DNA from: Candidatus Saccharimonadota bacterium
GTDB lineage: Bacteria; Patescibacteriota; Saccharimonadia; Saccharimonadales; UBA4665
DNA: 32,000 bases
Direction of reading: 5' to 3'
Assembly: GCA_016700375.1 (NCBI GenBank)
Contig: CP065016.1
Location: 930,001 to 962,000, forward strand
The stretch's first letter is position 1. Each line of letters opens with the position of its first letter. Below are positions 15,964 through 22,745 of this stretch, piece after piece. The notes under the pieces were generated by a model, which was given only the letters and a program-made list of their open reading frames with translations, had not been told where the DNA came from and did no database searches. Position numbers and translations under genes: made by a program.

Positions 15964-17519
15964 AGCCAGTCTGGCGGAGTCTTACCGGTTTTTCGAATTC
16001 TCTCTGCGACTTGTCGTCTGTCAAAACCGTAGCTCTCCGCAACTTCACGAGCGTGGGAAGTATGCGAAATACCCGGAATGACTCTGTATGTCGGACCTTT
16101 GCCAGAGAACTCAACTTGAAGAAATTGGCCTAGCTCATGGTTGGCAAAATCATCTACCAGTTCATGAGCATGGGTCGAGAAAACAGTATTCCCGGCAGTG
16201 TAAGCGAATTCTGCCATAACAGCTTGCAGAACCTCAAGACGTTCTTCGTGAGTTGTGCCGTCGAGGCAGTCATCGAGTATGGTTAAAGATGCTGGCGAGG
16301 CTGCATTGAGTATCGACCGAACTCTTTGAAGTTCGAAGCCAAACCGCCCGCTCTGTTCTGAAAGATCAGGGGGCAGTGGAATATGGTATGCAATAGTATC
16401 AGCGATGTTGGTACCAAAGCGAGTAGCCACTACTGGCGCACCGATTTGAGCTAAAATCTGATTTTGGATTAAAGCTTTGGAAAGCGTTGACTTGCCACCA
16501 CTATTGGGTCCTGTAAGAAAGCTCAGGTTTTGGCCTGAGTGGGCTCCGAGGTGTATTGTGTTTTCGACCAAGTCTGCCCTGCTGCCTGCTAAAACAGGAT
16601 TCTTCATGTCCCAAGCATCAATATGTTGCTCGTTACTATCCGTAACATCTGGGAAACAAGTTTTATGTCCGTTTTCGCGAACCTGTTGCTGCCAAGCTGC
16701 TAAGCCCTGAACCTTGTCAAGCAGACCAACGCTCATAAGCGCACCCATGAATGCCCCATTGCCCATGTGTTCTTTGCGTATTTTTCTATATACGATTGGA
16801 TTGTTATATAGATCATCCTTTGCGGTTGATAGGCTACGATTACCCATCGGCATGTGAGTATAAAGGCCCGTAAACAATACTAAGACAGCGCCAGCTGAGG
16901 TCAGAGTCGCAGTCCCTGGTGGGAGGTGCCCAGTTTGTGCTAGATATAACGCCGCTAAGCTGGGGGTAACTATTCTACCAGAGAGAAGAGATCGGTGACG
17001 CCAGCGGGGTTCAAACAGGTTACGTTCATGCTTGCCGCGTAATCCCCGCAGGGTTATGTATACTGGTCCGACAAGTAGTTCAGAAGCATGTGACTCATTA
17101 TAGGTAGCAAGATGCTTACGTGCCAGCTCAAGACCACTTTCGGGATCAATTGAGGTTTTGTGGTCTTCTAATGCTTCCTGGATAGTCCTTAGTGCCTGTC
17201 CGCCTTTCCTTCCGGCTTGATATGCGACGAACCCTGTATCTTTTCCCTCAATAAACTCATCCAACTTTTTTTCATGATGTGCAAAGGCTCCCAAAGCGCT
17301 ATTTAGGTCAGCCCTGAACGAGGTACAACTATCTAAACACGCAATAGCTAGTTGATTAGTTCGTACAATCCGTGGCGATGTGGTCCCATGGCTGAACTCT
17401 TCCTTTAGTACAGCCGAACCCAAGTCAGTATGTAATGGAACCTGATTAAATAGTACGTCCAGCTCGGCTGACGCGTGTGAGAGAGGATCTACGTTGTAGT
17501 TGGTAGGGCCTGAATTCAT
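15960..17519 (-). CDS. MutS-related ATPase with only MutS domain V (519 aa)
   Basis: Walker A GPNSGGKSTLSK, Walker B LTILDDCLDGT, and FSTHAHEL followed by the MutS-like C-terminal HSHAREVAESYGF. The roughly 320-aa N-terminus has no recognisable mismatch-binding domain, and there is no Smr or HNH tail. Confidence 0.8.
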   Translation of the reverse strand: MNSGPTNYNVDPLSHASAELDVLFNQVPLHTDLGSAVLKEEFSHGTTSPRIVRTNQLAIACLDSCTSFRADLNSALGAFAHHEKKLDEFIEGKDTGFVAYQAGRKGGQALRTIQEALEDHKTSIDPESGLELARKHLATYNESHASELLVGPVYITLRGLRGKHERNLFEPRWRHRSLLSGRIVTPSLAALYLAQTGHLPPGTATLTSAGAVLVLFTGLYTHMPMGNRSLSTAKDDLYNNPIVYRKIRKEHMGNGAFMGALMSVGLLDKVQGLAAWQQQVRENGHKTCFPDVTDSNEQHIDAWDMKNPVLAGSRADLVENTIHLGAHSGQNLSFLTGPNSGGKSTLSKALIQNQILAQIGAPVVATRFGTNIADTIAYHIPLPPDLSEQSGRFGFELQRVRSILNAASPASLTILDDCLDGTTHEERLEVLQAVMAEFAYTAGNTVFSTHAHELVDDFANHELGQFLQVEFSGKGPTYRVIPGISHTSHAREVAESYGFDRRQVAERIRKTGKTPPDWL

Positions 17520-17632
17520 ATCTCAATTATAACATTTATTAATTAATAACGGTATATTATTTCATAAATACATTAACAATATTGGGCTCCGTTTGCGGAG
17601 AATTTTTCCTACCCCACTCAGTAACTGCGTAA

Positions 17633-18553
17633 CTACCCGTTTACCTGGTGTGTTGTGTCACCTGACGCAAAGAAATTGATAATTTGCTGCGCGGCGGCGC
17701 GGCCAGAGTTTTCGTTTGCCTCAAGTGTTTCGGCACCCATTTTCTTTGGTGTGGCGTAGACCCTTCCAGGAAAGGCAACTACCAGCTCTTCGTAGCTGTC
17801 TGGCATGACATCTGCCACGTAAGACAGGTCGGGGCGCTCAGCTAGTGCGCGTTTCAGGTCAGCTTCGTGGATAACTTCCTTCCGCGCGGTGTTTAACAGT
17901 GTTCCGCCGTGGGGCATCAGTGAAAGCAATTCGTAACGTACCGAAGCAATAGTATCGGGTAGGGCGGGGATGTGTAGTGATAGGTAGTGGCTACTGCGGT
18001 ACAGGTCCTCAAGTGTGGCGACTGGTTCGACATTGTATTCACGCATAATTTCATTTCCCACATACGGGTCGTAAGCGTAGACTTTCATACCGAGCCCGCG
18101 GGCATGTGAGGCAACCAATTTGCCAACGTTGCCAAAAGCGTGGAGCCCAAGTGAACGCCCCCGAAGTTCGGTGCCCGTCCCGGGTGAAAATAAATTACGA
18201 GCAGAGTAAATCATGAGGCCTATAGCGAGCTCGGCGACGGCATTACTGTTTTGGCCTGGCGTGTTCATGACGACAATATTGCGTTTTGTGCACGCTACAA
18301 GGTCAATGTTGTCATAGCCTGCTCCGGCCCTCACAACAATCTTTAAATTCGGCGCGGCTTTCACAACCGCTGCATCCACAATGTCGCTGCGGACGATGAG
18401 CGCCTCGGCTTTCTTGACCGCTTTTAATAGGTCGGACTGGTCCTTGTAGTTTTCTAGTATGGTGAGGGTGTGGCCTGCTTTGGTGACAATGTTTTTTATG
18501 CCTGCAACGGCGTCAGCCGAGAATGGTTTTTGGGTGGCGAGTAGTACATTCAT
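17633..18553 (-). CDS. serA: D-3-phosphoglycerate dehydrogenase, short type (D-2-hydroxyacid dehydrogenase family, 306 aa)
   Basis: D-isomer 2-hydroxyacid dehydrogenase pattern ([29 protein letters not shown]). Its ATG overlaps the serC stop (ATGA). Confidence 0.8.
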   Translation of the reverse strand: MNVLLATQKPFSADAVAGIKNIVTKAGHTLTILENYKDQSDLLKAVKKAEALIVRSDIVDAAVVKAAPNLKIVVRAGAGYDNIDLVACTKRNIVVMNTPGQNSNAVAELAIGLMIYSARNLFSPGTGTELRGRSLGLHAFGNVGKLVASHARGLGMKVYAYDPYVGNEIMREYNVEPVATLEDLYRSSHYLSLHIPALPDTIASVRYELLSLMPHGGTLLNTARKEVIHEADLKRALAERPDLSYVADVMPDSYEELVVAFPGRVYATPKKMGAETLEANENSGRAAAQQIINFFASGDTTHQVNG

Positions 18554-19620
18554 GCCTGTTCCTCCTCAAATAGTTTCATGCAGTCTACCAGTTCTTGCAC
18601 GCTCTCTAGGGGCAAGGCATTGTACATGCTGGCGCGGAATCCGCCCACCGAACGGTGACCCTGCAACCCAATCATGTTGCGCTTGGCTACAAAGTCGAGA
18701 AAAGCCTGTTCTTTGCTTTCATGACCCTCGCTCATCACGAAACAGGCATTCATGAGCGAACGGTCCGCTGGCTCGACGGTACCGCAGAACAGAGGATTAC
18801 GATCAATCTCACTGTATAGCAGTGCTGCGCGCACTTCAGCCCTGTGCTGCATTTCGCTCACGCCGCCCTCGGCCTTTACCCACTTTAGAACCTCCCGAAC
18901 GGTATAAATGCTGGCAACGGGCGGCGTATTGTACAGCGAACTGTGTTCAACATGAGTGCGGTAATCGAGCATGGTTGGTATGCGTCTTTCCACTTTGCCG
19001 AGAGCATCCTCGCGGACAATCACAAATGATACGCCGGCTGGCCCCATGTTCTTCTGGCACCCGCCGTAAATGAGGGCATATTTACTGACATCCACGGGGC
19101 GGCTCAGAATATCAGATGACATATCGGCTACCAGTGGAATGGGGCTGTCTATATCGGTGCGGAGTTGACTGCCAAAAATGGTGTTATTGGTCGTGATGTG
19201 GAAATAATCGGCATCGGTCGGTATGGTGTAATCCTTAGGAATGTAGGTAAAGTTTTTGTCTTTCGAGCTCGCTACTACTTCGAGCTCACCAAAATGCTCT
19301 GCCTCGGCGATGGCCTTTTTAGCCCACGCGCCGGTCTCGAGGTAGGCAGCTTTGCTGTTCAGCAAGTTGTACGGCACCACTACAAACTGTGTGCTGGCAC
19401 CGCCGCCAAGAAACAGCGTGCGGTATCCGCTTGGGACATTCAGTAGCTCGTGCAAAAGCGCCTCGGCTTCACGGGCAATCTCCTCAAATGCAGTGCTTCG
19501 GTGTGAGATTTCAAGCAGCGATAACCCACTGCCGTCAAGTTCTAAGATTGCCTCAGCAGTATTTTTCACTGCCACGTCTGGCAAGACCGCCGGTCCCGCC
19601 CCGAAGTTATGTACCTTCAT
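18550..19620 (-). CDS. serC: Phosphoserine aminotransferase
   Basis: [10 protein letters not shown]....E.SHRS..F........L.ELL.VP..Y..LF..GGAS.QF. It is a full-length SerC-like protein with an AAGGAGG SD. Confidence 0.95.
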   Translation of the reverse strand: MKVHNFGAGPAVLPDVAVKNTAEAILELDGSGLSLLEISHRSTAFEEIAREAEALLHELLNVPSGYRTLFLGGGASTQFVVVPYNLLNSKAAYLETGAWAKKAIAEAEHFGELEVVASSKDKNFTYIPKDYTIPTDADYFHITTNNTIFGSQLRTDIDSPIPLVADMSSDILSRPVDVSKYALIYGGCQKNMGPAGVSFVIVREDALGKVERRIPTMLDYRTHVEHSSLYNTPPVASIYTVREVLKWVKAEGGVSEMQHRAEVRAALLYSEIDRNPLFCGTVEPADRSLMNACFVMSEGHESKEQAFLDFVAKRNMIGLQGHRSVGGFRASMYNALPLESVQELVDCMKLFEEEQA

Positions 19621-19688
19621 CTGCCCCTCCTTGTACTTTTATGGTACGCTTTGAAGCCTCGCTTCGTCAAACAACGGGCTGGAACGGA

Positions 19689-21116
19689 CTAGAAACTGTT
19701 CCACAAAAACTGGTTGGTGACCTCGTGGTGGTGGATGATTTCCTCGGATTTTATGCGCGTGCCAAGCTCAAGCGCGCTGCGGTTAGCAACGGCTTGTTTG
19801 GGCGCAAGGTATTTTTGTTTGCAATCCTCACCGAGCAGGCGCGATGTATAGTCACTCGTTTTGTATATGCGTATGGCGTCGTGGATGCTGTCTGGTAGGA
19901 CACGGACACGGGGCCGTTTGCTCGCATCGACGCGAGGAGGCTTGCCATCGAGTCCGGTTTTGAGAAGGGAGAAGGCGACCAGGTAAGGGTTTGCGTCCGG
20001 TGCAACAGAGCGTACCTCTATGCGAGCGGTTTTTTCATTGGCAAAAGGAATTCGTATCATGGAGCTGCGGTCGTTTGCAGAAGCTTTGATTTGGTTGGGC
20101 GCTTCGTACGCTGGGTCAAGCCGCCGATAGGCGTTCACGCTGGCATTGAGAATAAGGCATAGGTCGGAGGCGCGATGTAGAATATTTCCCACAAAATCCC
20201 AGCCCAGTTTGGAAAGTCCGGCTTCGCCGCCGCCGTCATAAAAAAGGTTTTTGCCGTTTTTCGCAAGCGATAGGTTGGTGTGCATGCCATTGCCGTTTAC
20301 ACCTTGGATTGGTTTGGGGAGGAATGTTGCTGTCATGCCCATGTTCATAGCTATTTGGCGGCAGACCAGCTTGTACAGTTGCGCTTGGTCACAGGCGCGA
20401 ACAATATCGGTGTAGCGGTAGTTAATTTCAAACTGTGAGGGTGCTACTTCGGGATGGTCTTTTTCGTTCCCGAAACCCATGGCGCGTTGGGCTTCGGCGG
20501 TTGCGTCTATGAAACGGCGCAGCTCATCGAGGGGCAGGGAGTGAAAGTAGCCGCCGGTGGAAACAAGCGAAAAGCCTTTGCGGCCATCGTAATGCTGCTC
20601 GGCATCGACACCTTGGAGCAGGAACCCTTCAATCTCTGGCGCCATATAGGCTTCCATGCCCTGTTTGGCTTTCAATTCCGCAGCGTAGCCTTGTAGCTGC
20701 GCCCGGAAGTCGGTCGCGTAGGCTTTTAGCTCTCGGTCGCAGATATTGGCAAAGACGATAACCTTGCCAGCCCCAAAAATGTCTGCCGGCACAAAGGTGA
20801 GGCTCGTCCAGTCGACCTGTAGTCTTAAGTCTGACTCATTCTGTTCGCTGAGCCCTCGTATGGATGAACCATCAAACGTGAGGTTATCGAGCGAGGCAAG
20901 GAAGAACTTGCGGTCATAGTCGAGCATATGTAGCCGTCCTTCTATGTCGCTAAAGCACAGGGTAACCGCCTTGAGCTGCCGCGCTTCCTCAAGGTATGCT
21001 ACATGCTTGTCGCGTGCTTCGTCTGGGTCGGTGATGGCCCGTGCGGCAAGGTTCATTTCCTCAATTGTTTCGTAGTCAAGCTCTAGAAAGTTTTTTAGAG
21101 TTTTGTCATTAGGCAT
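19689..21116 (-). CDS. glnA: Glutamine synthetase, type I-like (475 aa)
   Basis: FDGSSIRG, NGNGMHTNLSL, NAYRRL..AYEAP, SSMIRIP and EVRS.APDANPYL. AAGGAGG SD. Confidence 0.93.
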   Translation of the reverse strand: MPNDKTLKNFLELDYETIEEMNLAARAITDPDEARDKHVAYLEEARQLKAVTLCFSDIEGRLHMLDYDRKFFLASLDNLTFDGSSIRGLSEQNESDLRLQVDWTSLTFVPADIFGAGKVIVFANICDRELKAYATDFRAQLQGYAAELKAKQGMEAYMAPEIEGFLLQGVDAEQHYDGRKGFSLVSTGGYFHSLPLDELRRFIDATAEAQRAMGFGNEKDHPEVAPSQFEINYRYTDIVRACDQAQLYKLVCRQIAMNMGMTATFLPKPIQGVNGNGMHTNLSLAKNGKNLFYDGGGEAGLSKLGWDFVGNILHRASDLCLILNASVNAYRRLDPAYEAPNQIKASANDRSSMIRIPFANEKTARIEVRSVAPDANPYLVAFSLLKTGLDGKPPRVDASKRPRVRVLPDSIHDAIRIYKTSDYTSRLLGEDCKQKYLAPKQAVANRSALELGTRIKSEEIIHHHEVTNQFLWNSF

Positions 21117-21231
21117 AAATATTCCTCCTTTTATACTAAAAATTATAATACTTATAATAAAAATATAAAATATTAAATTTAAAATTAGTAATTAAAAAGT
21201 AATTTTCGCGCTACATTTCGCGAACACATCA

Positions 21232-21259
21232 TTGACTTTTTACTCAAAATATCGATAAT
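21232..21259 (+). promoter_or_regulatory. Promoter driving the tRNA-Lys leader
   Basis: TTGACT (21232-21237), a 16-nt spacer, then GATAAT (21254-21259). Confidence 0.6.
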
Positions 21260-21265
21260 GTAAGG

Positions 21266-21396
21266 AGTTAATTTCCCCCTCGGAAATTGCAGCCTGCCCG
21301 AAATTTCAATCCAAGGAGCGAAGCGACTGAATGAAATTTCGAGAGGAGAAATCGACGCAGGGTGCAGTTCGGTAAAAACAAGTTTGCTTGTTTTTG
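21266..21396 (+). ncRNA. Candidate structured leader or small RNA between the promoter and tRNA-Lys
   Basis: Hairpin AATTTCC/GGAAATT (21270-21288). Nested helices GCAGCCTGC/GCAGGGTGC (21289-97 with 21357-65, 8 of 9 bp) and CGAAATTTCA/TGAAATTTCG (21299-308 with 21332-41, 10 of 10 bp). A weak terminator-like hairpin ACAAG-TTTG-CTTGT plus T5 lies at 21378-21395. It matches no known RNA family that I recognise. Confidence 0.3.
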
Positions 21397-21428
21397 GCGC
21401 AACGGAACCCGTAGTCGTATTTTGACGA

Positions 21429-21504
21429 GGGCCCATAGCTCAGCCGGTAGAGCAGAGGCCTTTTAAGCCTCGTGTCGTGAGTTCGAGTCTCACTGGGCCC
21501 TCCA
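21429..21504 (+). tRNA. tRNA-Lys (anticodon UUU), with CCA encoded
   Basis: Cloverleaf read by hand: acceptor GGGCCCA/TGGGCCC, D arm GCTC/GAGC, anticodon stem GAGGC/GCCTC with loop CTTTTAA, T arm GTGAG-TTCGAGT-CTCAC, then TCCA. Confidence 0.93.
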
Positions 21505-21540
21505 TACAAAAAGCTCCCTCCGTGGGAGCTTTTTGTATGG
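21502..21540. terminator. Bidirectional rho-independent terminator overlapping the tRNA CCA end
   Basis: A 15-17 bp perfect stem ATACAAAAAGCTCCC / GGGAGCTTTTTGTAT with loop TCCGT. The GC core is flanked by an A-run and a T-run, so it reads as a terminator on both strands. Confidence 0.8.
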
Positions 21541-21587
21541 TAAGGTTTCAGCGAGCTTGAACTCACGACAGATTTGCGTTAGCAAAT

Positions 21588-21685
21588 CGTAGTCGTGAAG
21601 TTCGACGCCAGCGGAGCAGCCCGCAGGAGTTTACTCCGAGGACTGCAAAGTGCGCGAGCCAAAGGCGAGGTCTCACTGGGCCCTC
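21588..21685 (+). repeat. Displaced, interrupted copy of the tRNA-Lys 3' half
   Basis: CGTAGTCGTGAAGTTCGA (21588-21605) matches tRNA 21471-21486 apart from two 1-nt insertions. GTCTCACTGGGCCCTC (21670-21685) is identical to tRNA 21487-21502. About 64 nt lie between the two pieces, at the T-loop position. Confidence 0.75.
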
Positions 21686-21800
21686 GAAATAAATACCTCA
21701 GCTTGTATGGGGTATTTATTGGGCTATACTCATAAGCACGATGCATAGTCGCAAACAGCTTAAAAAACTCCGGCGGTTTCTCGCCATAAAGGAAGTAGTC

Positions 21801-22121
21801 ATGTTCACGCTGGTTGCGCTCAGCTTTTGCTTTTTGGCGCTTGAGCATTTCGAGACGCTTAGTCACCAACAACTTCTTGCGGTTGAGTGGTTTGATGTTG
21901 TGGTTGGGGTCATTTTTCTCGCTGAGTTTTTGTTTGAGTGGTACTACGCGCGTGACAGAGCACGCTATGTTCGTCACTACTGGTTTTACCTTATCGCCGC
22001 AGTACCTGTACCGACTGCCTCATTTGAAATTTTGCGCGCTATTCGACTGCTTCGCCTGCTAAAGCTGCTGAAAATATTTGCCCACCTCCGCTACGAACGC
22101 AACACTAGATTGTTTGAGTAA
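21801..22121 (+). CDS. Ion-transport-family voltage-sensor domain only (S1-S4, 106 aa): either truncated or a stand-alone VSD
   Basis: The S4-like helix FEILRAIRLLRLLKLLKIF carries Arg/Lys at every third position and is preceded by three hydrophobic helices. There is no pore (S5-P-S6) region. AAAGGAAG SD precedes ATG 21801, which I prefer over ATG 21741. Confidence 0.6.
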   Translation: MFTLVALSFCFLALEHFETLSHQQLLAVEWFDVVVGVIFLAEFLFEWYYARDRARYVRHYWFYLIAAVPVPTASFEILRAIRLLRLLKLLKIFAHLRYERNTRLFE

Positions 22122-22188
22122 ATTTCTGATTTGCAAAAAGCATAAAGACTACTTGAAATATAAAATTTGGGAGTATACTAGCGGTAGT

Positions 22189-22698
22189 ATGTCTGAAATA
22201 AACAAGCAAAAAGAGCACGTTATATGCAGAAGTGAACTTATTGCACTGGGAGGCGCTATCCCAGTTGCTGCAGGCATAATAGTACTTGAAAAAGGTCTCG
22301 GGTCTCGGCCAGTAAGTGATTTAAGTCGTTTGCCAGATACCGCAAGTATCGTCGTGGCGGTTTCACGCGCGCGAAAAGAATACACGTTGCCCGGGGGTAA
22401 AAAGGATTCAGGTGATTTGAGTTTGCAGTACACCTGCAGGAGAGAGCTTGAGGAAGAGCTCGGAATAATACCTGCTTATTTCCCAGAGTTTTATACTCGA
22501 GACGTAGGCCCTGCCGTACATGACCCGACAATTTTAGTTGATGTAAGTGCGTATCGTATAACGAACTTCCTGGGGAATATACGTCGATGCGGAGAAATAG
22601 ACGATGTGGCGGCTGTACCAGTTTTTGATACATCACCCCCAGTGCGGTTAGGTGGGTTAGTCCTTGATGTTTTGGATAGCCTTCGTCTGGCCGCGTAG
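22189..22698 (+). CDS. Nudix-like hydrolase (169 aa)
   Basis: Nudix-box-like LPGGKKDSGDLSLQYTCRRELEEELGI contains REUxEExGU, but the spacing to the upstream G/E is off by one. I moved the start to ATG 22189 because the track's 22078 start overlaps the previous ORF. Confidence 0.55.
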   Translation: MSEINKQKEHVICRSELIALGGAIPVAAGIIVLEKGLGSRPVSDLSRLPDTASIVVAVSRARKEYTLPGGKKDSGDLSLQYTCRRELEEELGIIPAYFPEFYTRDVGPAVHDPTILVDVSAYRITNFLGNIRRCGEIDDVAAVPVFDTSPPVRLGGLVLDVLDSLRLAA

Positions 22699-22745
22699 CA
22701 TTTGACGCTCATGGTTTAGGCGTTCACGAGTGCTAGTCTGGAATT

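Noticed and set aside
17583-17610. A hairpin CTCCG-TTTG-CGGAG followed by AATTTTT, between serA and the MutS-like gene.
   Set aside because: The T-run is on the plus strand while both flanking genes are on the minus strand. On the minus strand the stem is not followed by a U-tract, so I do not call it a terminator.
17654-17669. TGTGTCACCTGACGCA, which resembles the two stem arms of the REP unit.
   Set aside because: It lies inside the serA coding sequence, lacks the 11-nt REP loop and has a mismatch, so it is probably chance similarity.
21117-21231. A possible glutamine riboswitch or other leader upstream of glnA on the minus strand.
   Set aside because: The region is almost pure A/T, with a short spacing between the TATAAT-like box and the SD. 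I could not find the conserved glnA-RNA core sequences I remember, and there is no stable structure.
21541-21690. Possible tmRNA or a second tRNA gene, suggested by the strings GTTCGACGCC and TCTCACTGGGCCCTC.
   Set aside because: I could not fold an acceptor/T-arm pairing, a tag reading frame or a cloverleaf on either strand. The similarity is fully explained as a split copy of the adjacent tRNA-Lys 3' half.
21579-21977. A 132-aa minus-strand ORF, together with the minus-strand ORFs at 21185-21436 and 21306-21566.
   Set aside because: They overlap the tRNA, its terminator, the tRNA fragment or the better-supported plus-strand VSD ORF. Their translations are low-complexity.
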